The notes beneath the pieces were generated by a model that saw only the letters and a list, made by a program, of their open reading frames with translations, had not been told where the DNA came from and made no database searches. This document shows positions 49,201 to 58,411 of a DNA stretch of 64,000 nucleotides, piece by piece (positions within the stretch are counted from its first letter, which is position 1; each line of letters opens with the position of its first letter). Where the stretch lies: the NCBI GenBank assembly GCA_947652665.1, contig CANTDZ010000001.1:67-64066 (forward strand), given 5' to 3'. The DNA comes from an uncultured Clostridia bacterium. GTDB lineage: Bacteria > Bacillota > Clostridia > Oscillospirales > Acutalibacteraceae. Both the position numbers and the translations under genes were made by a program.

Positions 49201-50539
49201 CGCCGATTTCCGTGATACGGTCCTTTTTGGGCGAGAGGCCGGTGGTCTCCAGGTCAAAGCAGATGAAATCGCCCTCCAAGCTCTGTTGGGTCTCGCCGGT
49301 GACAGCGGGGACCAGGTCGTTGACAAAATAGGCTTCCGTGCCGTAGAGGACTTTGAAATCCGGGTCCTCCTTGCGGATGGCGGCTTCGGCGTTCATAGCC
49401 TCGGGGAAGGCCTGGGCCACGCCGTGGTCGGTAATGGCGACGGCACGCTGGCCCCACTTGTGGGCCTGCTTGATCAGGTCGCCTGCCGGGGTCATGCCGT
49501 CCATGTCGGACATATTCGTGTGCAGATGCAGCTCCACGCGCTTTTCCACAGCGTCGTCTACCACCTCCACCTGCTCCACCGTGGCGATGGCCCGGGGGCG
49601 CAGCACGTTTTCCCGGTCGTATTTGTCGTACTCCAGGCTGCCGCGCACCAGCAGGGATTTGCCCACTTTCAGGCTGTCCAGCTCCTTGCACTTGTCGGCG
49701 TCCTGGATGATTTTCAGGCTGATTGAGCTGGTGTAGTCCGTAATGTCGATGCTATAGATTTTCTTCGACTTGTCCCGTGTCTCCTTGCACTCCACGGAGA
49801 AAATCTCGCCCCAGACGATGATGCTCCCCAAATCGATGGCGGCCTCATTCAGCGGCGTCAAGCGCCCCTTGGGCACCGAACCGATCAGCGGACGCGCCGT
49901 CTCCGGCACAATGGTGGGCAGCAGCGTATCCTCCCCCCGCACATTTATCTTGCGCCGGCTGGCCTGTTCCTTTAGGGCTTCCTCGTAGGCCTCCATCTCC
50001 TGGATGGCCTGCTGGCGGCGCTGCTTTTCCTCCTGGGTATGGATGCGCTCCAGCAGCGACCCGTCCCCGGCCTTGGTGCTTGTCCGGCCGGTAAACTCCA
50101 CCTTGCACGGGGCCGAAAACCACGCCTGCACCAGCTCAGCCAAGCGTTCGTCGGTGTGCCGGGCCTCCAGCAGCGACAGCCCGCCGTGGCGCAGCTCGAC
50201 CCGCAGGACGCCGCCCTCCCACGTGGCCTCGGCCTGGTGGAAGGTACCGTTGAGGGTCGCGTCCCGCTCCTTGAGCGCCGCCGCCAGCGAGGGCAGGCAC
50301 GCCGGGGAAAAGGACTCCCGTGGGAACCGGGGCGATACGCGCACCGCGCCGAAACCGGCCAAAAGCTCCGTAAGCTTCGCCAGTTCTGCGTACTCCACAA
50401 ATTGCCCAAAGCGCGCCGACACCTGCACCTGCCGGGGCTCCCGGCTGACGTGCAGGCCTTCAATTTCCCCAGAAAGCAGCGCCTCCGGTAGGGGCTTGCC
50501 TTCCAGTTCCTTTTGGAAAAAATCGCCTAGTGTGGTCAA
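46205..50539 (-). CDS. polC: DNA polymerase III PolC-type (about 1444 aa)
   Basis: OB domain, PHP ELHLHTNMS, inserted exonuclease FDLETTG, GSRGSVGSS, CPNC/CPHC zinc finger, PDIDLNFSG, FPKAHAAAY; RBS-supported TTG start. Confidence 0.97.
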   Translation of the reverse strand: MTTLGDFFQKELEGKPLPEALLSGEIEGLHVSREPRQVQVSARFGQFVEYAELAKLTELLAGFGAVRVSPRFPRESFSPACLPSLAAALKERDATLNGTFHQAEATWEGGVLRVELRHGGLSLLEARHTDERLAELVQAWFSAPCKVEFTGRTSTKAGDGSLLERIHTQEEKQRRQQAIQEMEAYEEALKEQASRRKINVRGEDTLLPTIVPETARPLIGSVPKGRLTPLNEAAIDLGSIIVWGEIFSVECKETRDKSKKIYSIDITDYTSSISLKIIQDADKCKELDSLKVGKSLLVRGSLEYDKYDRENVLRPRAIATVEQVEVVDDAVEKRVELHLHTNMSDMDGMTPAGDLIKQAHKWGQRAVAITDHGVAQAFPEAMNAEAAIRKEDPDFKVLYGTEAYFVNDLVPAVTGETQQSLEGDFICFDLETTGLSPKKDRITEIGAVRIHNGQVAEHFDTFVNPGMPIPAKITELTGITDEMVKDAPKEAEALAAFYEFCGEAPILVAHNAGFDTGFLRAAGERTGMPFSHVYIDSVPICRALLTDIKNCKLDTVAAYLKLKPFNHHRADDDAATLGEIFIRLLQRLQEGRGARLVSDINGALAGGDPKKLRPYHMIILVKNQTGLKNLYRLISKGHLEYFYRSPRTPKSELNKYREGLLIGSACEAGELFQAMVRGDSFENLCKIAEYYDYLEIQPLGNNMFMVRNGDTDIEGLKDYNRTIVKIGEKLGKMVVATCDVHFKDPKDATFRKILMAGKGFSDADQQAPLYMRTTPEMLEEFSYLGKEKAFEVVVTNPNKIADMIDHVRPVPMGNFPPFIEGAQEQLIDITWQRAKDRYGDPVPEIVEKRLNKELGSIVKHGFSVLYMTAQKLVADSEEHGYLVGSRGSVGSSFVASMSGISEVNPLEPHYVCPNCKHSEFITDGSVDSGFDLPPKACPHCGTDMDRDGHTIPFETFLGFDGDKVPDIDLNFSGEYQSGAHRYTEVLFGRDNVFKAGTIATVADKTAFGYVKKYAEERQITFHKAEEKRLSIGCTGVKRTTGQHPGGMIVVPRGMEVYDFCPVQHPANDQKSDNITTHFDFHSIHDNVCKLDELGHDVPTIYRYLEDYTGIPVMKVSMSDPDVMSLFHSPAALGVTPEDLGGIKTGTLSLPELGTPFVRGMLEECKPTRFSDFLQISGLSHGTDVWLGNAQELIRAGTCSISEVIGTRDQIMVYLLNKGLDPKMAFKIMEIVRKGKATKLLTEEHIAAMKEHDVPQWYIDSCFKIKYMFPKAHAAAYMIAALRLGWYKVHTPTEFYAAYFTVRSDDFDGATAALGKDAVSRKMRELDVKIKNREASAKEEGEFGTLQIINEMLARDIKLRPVDIYKSDATKFLVEEGEIRLPFSSLSGVGGAAAVGLMEARQSGGEFISIDDLQARSKVSSAVIEALRGVGALKGLPESSQTTLF

Positions 50540-50553
50540 ATTGGTTCCCCCTC

Positions 50554-51600
50554 TTACAGCTTCTCCACCTCGTCCATAAGCTCGCCCAGCAGCCTGTCCT
50601 CCGGCACCTTGCGCAAAATCTGGCCCTTCTTGAAGATAAGGCCCTCCCCCTTGCCGCCTGCGATGCCGATGTCCGCCTCTCTCGCCTCCCCCGGCCCGTT
50701 GACCGCACAGCCCATCACCGCCACGGTGATGTCCTTCTTGCAGCCAGCCAAAGCCGCTTCGGCCTTGTTTGCCAAGGAAAGCAGGTCGATGCGGGTGCGC
50801 CCGCAGGTGGGGCAGGAAATGAACCGCACGCCCCCGCGCATATCCAGGGCTTTCAAAATGTCCAGCCCCGCCCGGACTTCCTCCACCGGGTCGGCCGTAA
50901 GCGAAACCCGCAGCGTGTCGCCAATGCCCTGCTGCAAAAGGCTGCCAATGCCAATGGCCGACTTCACCAGCCCCATGCGCGCCGTACCCGCATGGGTGAT
51001 GCCCAAATGCAGCGGGTAATCGCACTTTTCCGCCGCCAGCTGGTAGGCGCGGATCGTGGAATCCACCGACGACGCCTTCATGGACACGACAATATCCGTA
51101 AAGCCAAAGCGCTCCAGCAGCGACGCGTGGTACAGCGCGCTTTCGCACAGGGCCTCCGGGGTGGGATGCCCGTACTTAGCCAAAATGTGCTTCTCCAGCG
51201 AGCCGTCATTGACGCCGATACGGATGGGAATCCCCCTTTCCCGGCAGGCGTCGGCCACGGCCTTGACGCGGTTGTCGTCCCCAATATTTCCCGGGTTGAT
51301 GCGGATTTTGTCGACCCCCGCCGCCGCACATTCCAGCGCCAGGCGGTAGTCAAAATGGATGTCGGCCACGATGGGCACCGACACCGCCTCCTTGAGCGCG
51401 TGGATCAGCCGCACGCTCTCCATATCCGGTATCGCCGCCCGGATGATCTCGCACCCGGCCCGCTCCAAGGCCTTGGCCTGGGCCACGCTGCCCAGGACGT
51501 CCGTGGAGGGCTTGCTGAGCATGGACTGCACCAGAACCGGCGCGCCTCTCCCCAGCAGGACATTCCCCACCTTTACCTGTTTCGAAGTACGTTTTCCCAT
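50554..51600 (-). CDS. ispG: HMBPP synthase (flavodoxin-dependent)
   Basis: VQSM, ADIHFDY, RINPGNIG, LHLGITHAG, SCPTCGRT, AVMGCAVNGPGE. Confidence 0.96.
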   Translation of the reverse strand: MGKRTSKQVKVGNVLLGRGAPVLVQSMLSKPSTDVLGSVAQAKALERAGCEIIRAAIPDMESVRLIHALKEAVSVPIVADIHFDYRLALECAAAGVDKIRINPGNIGDDNRVKAVADACRERGIPIRIGVNDGSLEKHILAKYGHPTPEALCESALYHASLLERFGFTDIVVSMKASSVDSTIRAYQLAAEKCDYPLHLGITHAGTARMGLVKSAIGIGSLLQQGIGDTLRVSLTADPVEEVRAGLDILKALDMRGGVRFISCPTCGRTRIDLLSLANKAEAALAGCKKDITVAVMGCAVNGPGEAREADIGIAGGKGEGLIFKKGQILRKVPEDRLLGELMDEVEKL

Positions 51601-51614
51601 TGTGTTCCCCTTTC

Positions 51615-52679
51615 TCAGCCCGTGAAAATGCGCGCGATATCGTTAAACGTAATGACCACCATCAGCCCTAAAAGCAGCATCATTCCGGCGGCATGGACAT
51701 AGCCTTCGTATTTGGCCGGCACCGGCCGCCGCGTGACGCCCTCCCAGATCAGGAACAGCAGCCGCCCCCCGTCCAGCGCGGGAAGGGGCAGCAGGTTCAC
51801 CACGCCCAGGTTGACCGTGATCATGATGATCATTTGCAGGATGTTCCCTGCGGCTTTCCAGAAGCTCTCCGAAAGCCCGGCCTCCGCCGCCTGGGAGATG
51901 GCCTGCACGGTCCCCACCGGCCCCGCGATTTCGTTGAGCCCGAACCGCCCCGTCACGATGCCCTTCAGGCTCTCCAGCACCATGCGGGTCATGGACACCG
52001 TATACGTAAACGACCGCTTGACGATGCCCCAAAAAGACCGCTGCTCCGGCAGCACGTAAAACTCCGGCGACACTACCTTGCGCCCGTCCACTTCCTGGTA
52101 GGCCATGGGGAACGGCCCCAGCTCCAGGCGCTTCCCTTCCCGCTCTACAGTGACGGACACGGCCTCCGGGTTGGCCAGGGCCATGGCAAAGGACATATCC
52201 CGGTCGCTGTAAACGGCGTAGCCGTCTATGGCCACAATGGTGTCGCCCACCTGGCCCCCCGCCGCCTCCAGGGCCGCGCCCTCGGTGAATTTGCTGATGG
52301 TCGTGGTGGCAAAGACCTCCTGGGGGATCAGCGTCAGCCCCATGAGCACCAGGCCCAAAATAATGTTGAACACGCCCCCGGCTATCACCACCAGGATGCG
52401 CCTCCACACCGGCTTGCTGCCAAAGGACGACGGGTCGTCGCTGTCCTCGTCCTCGCCCTCCATGGCGCAGTAGCCGCCGATGGGCAGCAGCCGCAGGGTG
52501 TAGGCCGTCTCGCCCTTGCCGAACCCCCAGAGCTTCGGCCCCATGCCGATGGAAAATTCATTGACTTTTATCTTGGCCGCCTTTGCAAGCAAAAAATGCC
52601 CCAGCTCGTGGAAAAAGATCACGAACCCGAACAGCAGGATTCCTATCACAATTAAGAGCGCAACCATCAAAATCTGCAA
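51615..52679 (-). CDS. rseP: RseP/RasP site-2 zinc metalloprotease (M50)
   Basis: HELGH, FSIGMGP, PIGGYCAM, PDZ-like insert, NLLPLPALDGG. Confidence 0.93.
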   Translation of the reverse strand: MQILMVALLIVIGILLFGFVIFFHELGHFLLAKAAKIKVNEFSIGMGPKLWGFGKGETAYTLRLLPIGGYCAMEGEDEDSDDPSSFGSKPVWRRILVVIAGGVFNIILGLVLMGLTLIPQEVFATTTISKFTEGAALEAAGGQVGDTIVAIDGYAVYSDRDMSFAMALANPEAVSVTVEREGKRLELGPFPMAYQEVDGRKVVSPEFYVLPEQRSFWGIVKRSFTYTVSMTRMVLESLKGIVTGRFGLNEIAGPVGTVQAISQAAEAGLSESFWKAAGNILQMIIMITVNLGVVNLLPLPALDGGRLLFLIWEGVTRRPVPAKYEGYVHAAGMMLLLGLMVVITFNDIARIFTG

Positions 52680-52699
52680 GATACCAGCTCCCCCCACAT

Positions 52700-53866
52700 C
52701 TAATTTTTGCCCGCCTGGGCCCATACCCATTCACGGGCGGCGCGGTCGGCCTGCAGGACTTCCTCCACGCTGGCAGGTACCACAGCCGGCTGCCGCTGGG
52801 CCGCGCCCTCCACCAGGCGGGGGATATCCATAAACCCGATGCGCTTTTCTAAAAACAACTGCACCGCCGCTTCGTTAGCGCCGTTGGCTGCCGCCGGGGC
52901 CAGGCCGCCCCGCTTCATGGCGTCAATGCACACATCCAGACAGCGGAAATTTTCCCGGTCCGGCTCAAAGAAAGTCAGCTTCCCCAGCGCCGCCAGATCC
53001 AGCGTGCCCGACGGACTCTCCAGCCGCTCCGGGTACGTCAGCGCGTACTGGATGGGCAGGCGCATATCCGGCGTGCCCATCTGAGCGATGACCGCGTTGT
53101 CCGCATACTCTACCATGGAATGCACGATGCTCTCCCGGTGCACCACCACGCCGATGCGCTCCACCGGCATCCCAAACAGCCACGCGGCTTCCATGACCTC
53201 CAGGCCCTTGTTCATCATGGTGGCGCAGTCGATGGTGATTTTTGCGCCCATGTCCCAGTTGGGATGGCGCAGTGCCTGTTCTGGCATTACCGACTTTAGC
53301 TGCTCTGCTTCCCACCCGAAAAAGGGCCCGCCGGAAGCCGTCAGAATCAGGCGCTTGACCGCCCGGCCCCCCGGGCTGCCCTGCAGGCACTGGAAGATGG
53401 CCGAGTGCTCGCTGTCCACCGGCAGGATGTCTAAGCCGTTCTGGCGAGCGGCTTCCATCACCAGGGCGCCCCCGGCTACCAGGGTTTCCTTGTTGGCCAG
53501 GGCCAGCTTTTTCTTGGCGTTTATGGCGGCCAGGGTCGGCTGCAGGCCCACCATGCCTACCACGGAGTTGAGCGTCGTATCCGCCGTCCCCCAGGCCGCC
53601 GCTTCACAGAGGCCCTCCATGCCTGTAAGCACGGTGATGTCCAAATCCCGGGTGCGCTCCCTGAAATCCTTGGCAGCGGCTTCCTCAAAAAGCGCCACGG
53701 CTTTGGGCTTAAATTCCCGGGCCTGGCGTTCCAAAAGACCCGCGTTCGACCGGGCGGCCAAGGCTTCGATCGAGACGGGGAACGCCCCGTTTTCGTTCAG
53801 GCCCCGCACCACCTCCAGCGTCTGCGTGCCGATGGAGCCCGTGGCCCCCAGCAGGGATAGCTTCAT
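52700..53866 (-). CDS. dxr: 1-deoxy-D-xylulose-5-phosphate reductoisomerase
   Basis: LGATGSIG, LANKETLV, PVDSEHSAIFQ, HPNWDMGAKITID, MMNKGLE. Confidence 0.97.
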   Translation of the reverse strand: MKLSLLGATGSIGTQTLEVVRGLNENGAFPVSIEALAARSNAGLLERQAREFKPKAVALFEEAAAKDFRERTRDLDITVLTGMEGLCEAAAWGTADTTLNSVVGMVGLQPTLAAINAKKKLALANKETLVAGGALVMEAARQNGLDILPVDSEHSAIFQCLQGSPGGRAVKRLILTASGGPFFGWEAEQLKSVMPEQALRHPNWDMGAKITIDCATMMNKGLEVMEAAWLFGMPVERIGVVVHRESIVHSMVEYADNAVIAQMGTPDMRLPIQYALTYPERLESPSGTLDLAALGKLTFFEPDRENFRCLDVCIDAMKRGGLAPAAANGANEAAVQLFLEKRIGFMDIPRLVEGAAQRQPAVVPASVEEVLQADRAAREWVWAQAGKN

Positions 53867-53964
53867 AACCCTCTCCTCCTTTTTAGTGTATGCCCGAAGG
53901 CCGGTTTTTAGCAGAACTATCCCCCCGCAGTGCGAGGGGATAAGCCCAATTTTCCCGATTCAAA

Positions 53965-54783
53965 TCATGCCGTCATCGGCAGGAAGCTCACCAGCAGATA
54001 GACAAAGGGTGCGGTGAAGATCACGCTGTCGAAGCGGTCCAGGATGCCGCCATGGCCGGGGATCACCTGGCCGAAGTCTTTGATGTGGCAGCTGCGCTTG
54101 ATAAGGGAGAAGCTCAGGTCGCCCACAATGGAGACGAAGGTGCCGAAGAACCCGGCCAAAAACAACGTCAGGTAGTTGACCTGCACCTGCCCCAGATGGT
54201 AGACCCGGCTGAAAACCACGCCGCACAGCAGCGCCGCCAGCACGTTCAGCACCAGGCCGCCGATGGCCCCCTCTACTGTCTTTTTGGGGCTGATCTTGGG
54301 GCACAGCTTGTGCTTGCCGAAAAAGGTCCCGGCAAAGAAAGCGCCCACGTCCGCCGCCCACGCCGCGAACACCGCAATAAGCACGCAGAACATCCCGTGG
54401 TCGCCGCCCAGCTCCCGCAGGAGCACCAGGCTGTGCAGGGCGCAGGGGATCAGCACCACCATGCTGTACTGCACGAAAACATCCTTAAAGCTGACCTCCT
54501 CATGGCAGGCCAGCATGGCGCAGCAAAGGATGAACGTATAAAGCGCATACGTCAAAAACAGCTCCCGGCCCCCGCAGAAGGGCACCACGGCTGCTGCCGC
54601 CAGCGATGGCAAAAAGATATACCATTTCTGCTCCATCCCCAGGGCCTTGCCCAGCTCGAACACGGCCTCCGCCGCTATGATCGCCACCGCGATGTTCAGC
54701 GCCAGCGGGAAGGACTTGTCAAACACAATGATCGCCAGCAAAAAGATCGTCAGGATCGCTCCGGAAAGAACGCGCTGTTTCAT
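53965..54783 (-). CDS. cdsA: Phosphatidate cytidylyltransferase
   Basis: ISPKKTVEG, GDL.FSLIKR...IKDFG..IPGHGGILDRFDS. Confidence 0.95.
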   Translation of the reverse strand: MKQRVLSGAILTIFLLAIIVFDKSFPLALNIAVAIIAAEAVFELGKALGMEQKWYIFLPSLAAAAVVPFCGGRELFLTYALYTFILCCAMLACHEEVSFKDVFVQYSMVVLIPCALHSLVLLRELGGDHGMFCVLIAVFAAWAADVGAFFAGTFFGKHKLCPKISPKKTVEGAIGGLVLNVLAALLCGVVFSRVYHLGQVQVNYLTLFLAGFFGTFVSIVGDLSFSLIKRSCHIKDFGQVIPGHGGILDRFDSVIFTAPFVYLLVSFLPMTA

Positions 54784-54809
54784 ATGCGCACCCCCATTTT
54801 CCTTATGGG

Positions 54810-55529
54810 CTACACGCCGCCAAAGCGCCGCTGCCTTGAAGCATAGATTTCCAGGGCCTTATCCAGGTCCTGCGGCCGGAAGTCCGGCCAAAGAATGTCG
54901 AAGAACACGAACTCCGCATAGGCGCACTGCCACAAGAGGAAGTTCGAAAGCCGCTGCTCGCCGCTGGGGCGGATGAGCAGGTCCAGGTCGGGCTGGCCGG
55001 CTGTGTACAGGTACTGGGGCAGGAGTTCTTCGTCCATATCCCCCGGCGCCCGCCGTCCGGCCTGCACGTCTTCCGCAAAGAGCCGCGCCGCCCGGCTGAG
55101 CTCCGCCCGGCCGCCGTAGTTCATGGCCAGGTTCAGCACCATGCCCGTCTTCCCGGCGGACTCCTTCTCCACCCGGCGCATGAGGGCCTGCAGGTCTTCG
55201 GAAAACCCGCCCATGTCCCCAATGAACCGCACCCGGATGTTCTCGTCCATGAAGTCCCGCAGGGCTTCCTCCAGGTAGTCCTTGAACAGGTGCATCAGCC
55301 CCCCCACCTCCTCGGCGGGGCGGGACCAGTTCTCGGTGGAAAAGGCATAGAAGGTCAGGTATTTTATGCCCACCCGCGAACAATAGCGGGTGATGGTGCG
55401 GAAATTCTGCGCCCCGGCCCGGTGTCCGGCGCTGCGGGGCAGCAGGCGTTTTTTGGCCCAGCGGCCGTTGCCGTCCATAATAATGCCCACGTGCTGCGGC
55501 AGCACCGAGGCCTTTTTTTCCGCAGCCAT
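54810..55529 (-). CDS. uppS: Undecaprenyl diphosphate synthase
   Basis: HVGIIMDGNGRWA, FSTENWSRP, NYGGR, LIRPSGEQRLSNFLLWQ. Confidence 0.96.
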   Translation of the reverse strand: MAAEKKASVLPQHVGIIMDGNGRWAKKRLLPRSAGHRAGAQNFRTITRYCSRVGIKYLTFYAFSTENWSRPAEEVGGLMHLFKDYLEEALRDFMDENIRVRFIGDMGGFSEDLQALMRRVEKESAGKTGMVLNLAMNYGGRAELSRAARLFAEDVQAGRRAPGDMDEELLPQYLYTAGQPDLDLLIRPSGEQRLSNFLLWQCAYAEFVFFDILWPDFRPQDLDKALEIYASRQRRFGGV

Positions 55530-55530
55530 G

Positions 55531-56094
55531 TTAAATCTCCAGGATTTCTTTTTCTTTGACGGAGAAGCAGCTGTCGCAATTCTTCACGTACTTGTCGGTG
55601 AGCTCCTGGATCTTCTTCTCGCCCTGCTTCTGGTCGTCCTCGGTGATGTCGCTCTGCTTTTTCATTTCCTTGAGCTTCTCAATGGCGTCCCGGCGGATGG
55701 CGCGCACGGCCACCTTGGCTTCCTCGCTCAATTTGCTGATGTCCTTGACCAGCTCTTTACGGCGCTCCTCGTTGAGGGGCGGGAACACCAGGCGGATGAT
55801 CTTGCCGTCGTTCTGGGGGTTCACGCCCAGGTCGGAGGTCTGGATGGCCTTCTCAATGCCCCGCAGGACGGAGGCGTCCCAGGGCTGGATGGTAAGCACC
55901 CGGGCTTCCGACACGGCCACGGCGGCCAGCTGGTTGATAGGCGTGGGGGTATCGTAGTAGTTCACCATGATCTTATCCAGCACCGCCGGGTTGGCGCGGC
56001 CCGCGCGGATGGCGGCGTACTCCTCCTCCAGGTGCCCGATGGTCTTTTTCATTTTGCTTTCCGCTTTCGCGAATACATCTTTCATCTCTGCCAT
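55531..56094 (-). CDS. frr: Ribosome recycling factor
   Basis: IRAGRANP, IQPWD, LGVNPQNDG, PPLNEERRKELVK. Confidence 0.97.
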   Translation of the reverse strand: MAEMKDVFAKAESKMKKTIGHLEEEYAAIRAGRANPAVLDKIMVNYYDTPTPINQLAAVAVSEARVLTIQPWDASVLRGIEKAIQTSDLGVNPQNDGKIIRLVFPPLNEERRKELVKDISKLSEEAKVAVRAIRRDAIEKLKEMKKQSDITEDDQKQGEKKIQELTDKYVKNCDSCFSVKEKEILEI

Positions 56095-56114
56095 AACGTT
56101 GTCCGTCCTTTCTG

Positions 56115-56819
56115 TTACTCTACTAAAGTGCCGACTTTTTCGCCTGCCGCCGCCCGCACGATGTTCTGCGGGTCTTCAATGCTGAACACCAGGAAGGGGA
56201 TGCCCCGGTCTTTGCAGAAGGAGGCGGCGGTCATGTCCATCACGCCCAGGTTGCGGCTTAAGACCTCCATATATGAGAGGGTGTCATACCGCTTGGCATC
56301 CGGGTTTTTCTTGGGGTCGCTGTCGTACACGCCGTCGACCATGGTGGCCTTTAGGATCACATCCGCCTCGATCTCCGCCCCGCGCAAAGCCGCGCCCGTA
56401 TCCGTGGAGAAGAAGGGGTTGCCCGTGCCGCAGCCAAAGACCACCACGCGCCCCTTTTCCAGATGGCGCACGGCCCGGTTGCGGATGTAGGGCTCGGCGA
56501 CCTCCTGCATGGCGATGGCGGTCTGCACCCGCACGTCCAGGCCGAACTGCTCCAGGCCGTCGGCCACGCCCAGGGCATTGATGACCGTGGCCAGCATGCC
56601 CATGTGGTCGGCGCGGGTGCGGTCCATCTGGCCGCTGCTGCGTCCCCGCCAGAAGTTGCCCCCGCCTACTACGATGGCCACCTCGGCGCCCATGTCGACC
56701 AGCTCCTTGATAGGCTTGCAGATCTTTACCACCGTATCGAAATCGATGCCATGGCCCACGCTGCCCGACAAGGCCTCGCCGCTGAGCTTTAAGAGGATGC
56801 GCTTATATTTCAGTTCCAT
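56115..56819 (-). CDS. pyrH: Uridylate kinase
   Basis: [36 protein letters not shown]; upstream TTTACA-17-TACAAT. Confidence 0.97.
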   Translation of the reverse strand: MELKYKRILLKLSGEALSGSVGHGIDFDTVVKICKPIKELVDMGAEVAIVVGGGNFWRGRSSGQMDRTRADHMGMLATVINALGVADGLEQFGLDVRVQTAIAMQEVAEPYIRNRAVRHLEKGRVVVFGCGTGNPFFSTDTGAALRGAEIEADVILKATMVDGVYDSDPKKNPDAKRYDTLSYMEVLSRNLGVMDMTAASFCKDRGIPFLVFSIEDPQNIVRAAAGEKVGTLVE

Positions 56820-56907
56820 GGTTTAGCTCCTTTCTTTTCAAACGCCTACACGTATAATTATTGTACATGATATTGCCAATTTTGTAAAGGTGGAAAACCG
56901 TTTTTTG

Positions 56908-57711
56908 TCAGCTTTCCAGCAAATCGCTGGGTTCGAAGGTCAAAGAGCCGTCCTCCCGCACAAAGCACGGGATGCCGATGCCGCCTTCCTCCCGCACCGA
57001 TTGGAACTCCGGGCGGCTGTCGCGCAGAGCTAAAAATTCTTTCAGGTTCGCCGTGTTCTTTGTGATGTCCTTGTATTCGTAGGCATCAAAGCCCTTTTCT
57101 TCTAAAAAGCACAGGGCCTCGGCGCAGTCCCGGCAGATTTCCGTGCCGTAAAATTTTACAGGCCCCGGCTTTACCGGCAGGTTCAGCTCGTACTGGCGCA
57201 CCTCGCAGTTGTGCATGGCAAACTTAAAAAAGGCGTCGTTGCTCATGGGGTGGAAGTAGCTTTCGACAACCCGGCACACGCCCCCGTGGCATACCACCAG
57301 CACCGTCTCATCCGAGCACCGGGACGCCAGCTCCTCTAAAAAGCGGTACACCCGCTGGGCCAGCACCATGTGCGATTCGCCCCCCGGATATCCGTCCGCG
57401 AAGTTCCTCTTGTGGGACAGGAACCCTTCGTCGAACCGGTCGGCCCCTTCGCACTCCCCGTAGCTCTGCTCAATGAGCGCCCGGTGGCGTTCGATGGGCA
57501 CGTCGCGCCCCTGGCAGATGAGCTCCGCCGTCTGCCGCGCCCGTACCATCGGCGAGCACACCACCCGGTCGAAGTGCACCCCCGCAAGCTTCCGGGCCGT
57601 CTCCTGGGCCTGCTGGCGGCCGGTCTCGTTTAAAGGCAGCTCTGTGCGGCCGCAGACTTTGTTTTCTTTATTCCACGCGGTCTCCCCGTGGCGGGTGACG
57701 TATAATTTCAT
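56908..57711 (-). CDS. Histidine phosphatase (PGM-like) fused to a C-terminal glutaredoxin-like domain
   Basis: RHGET, CSPMVRARQTA, E..YG, CHGG; then KFYGTEICRDC...GIPCFV; upstream TTGCCA-17-TATAAT. Confidence 0.85.
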   Translation of the reverse strand: MKLYVTRHGETAWNKENKVCGRTELPLNETGRQQAQETARKLAGVHFDRVVCSPMVRARQTAELICQGRDVPIERHRALIEQSYGECEGADRFDEGFLSHKRNFADGYPGGESHMVLAQRVYRFLEELASRCSDETVLVVCHGGVCRVVESYFHPMSNDAFFKFAMHNCEVRQYELNLPVKPGPVKFYGTEICRDCAEALCFLEEKGFDAYEYKDITKNTANLKEFLALRDSRPEFQSVREEGGIGIPCFVREDGSLTFEPSDLLES

Positions 57712-57861
57712 GTTTTGCCTCCTTTGATTCGGGCATATTTAGGCTATTATACCATCTTAAAAAAATTTTGGCAACGTTCTCGTTTCAGAACCTTTTGTGC
57801 GCCTTTTTGTGATATTATAAGCAACGCCGGCAAGCATCATAGTAGAGGACAGTGATTCTAA

Positions 57862-58158
57862 GTGAAAAATGCACAAAATCCCAACAAATATTTTGAAAGC
57901 ACCTTGTCCAATGCCGTTACGGAACTCATAGAGAAATGGGCCGGGGAAAGAGTATTTGAAGATGAGGAATACCAGGAGTACATGGGGAAGGCGGAGAAGC
58001 TGCAAGACAAAATTAAGACATTGCTAGGAGAAAATGGCACGCTTGTAGACGAACTAGCAGAAACATTAACCTGGGCCCTCTGCTGCTACGCGGAGCCCAA
58101 CTACCTCCAGGGGTTCCGCGATTGCTTTTTGTTTTTCCGCAAGCTGGAACTATTATAA
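57862..58158 (+). CDS. AT-rich hypothetical protein (98 aa), resembles small mobile-element cargo proteins with a Y..GFRD motif
   Basis: GTG start, helical acidic protein, YLQGFRDC; visibly lower GC than flanks. Confidence 0.6.
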   Translation: MKNAQNPNKYFESTLSNAVTELIEKWAGERVFEDEEYQEYMGKAEKLQDKIKTLLGENGTLVDELAETLTWALCCYAEPNYLQGFRDCFLFFRKLELL

Positions 58159-58173
58159 AGGGGCGGCCGCATC

Positions 58174-58362
58174 ATGGCTACAAAAAACGAACGCAAAATC
58201 ATCCGAAAATCCCTATTGTATGAACTTCGATTAATGTTAACGAACAATAACAAAGAAACATACACAGCCAATGAACTTTGCACCATTTTAGACACCCTGG
58301 CGGCCGCCGAAGAAAAAATTTCTAAAATTTCTTCAAAACCTAGTGACATTTTTGCCGAATAG
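58174..58362 (+). CDS. AT-rich hypothetical protein (62 aa)
   Basis: MATKNERKIIRKSLLYELRLML...ETYTANEL..ILD; RBS AGGGG; C-terminus runs into the ppk2 promoter. Confidence 0.55.
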   Translation: MATKNERKIIRKSLLYELRLMLTNNNKETYTANELCTILDTLAAAEEKISKISSKPSDIFAE

Positions 58363-58411
58363 TGCTATAATACAATCAACGTAAAACAAATCGCCAAGAG
58401 GTGTAGTGCAT

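Noticed and set aside
50540-51148. Apparent N-terminal extension making PolC 1647 aa (possible intein or fusion)
   Set aside because: It is an alternative frame over ispG. With the RBS-supported TTG at 50539, PolC is a normal length of about 1444 aa, and I saw no intein motifs.
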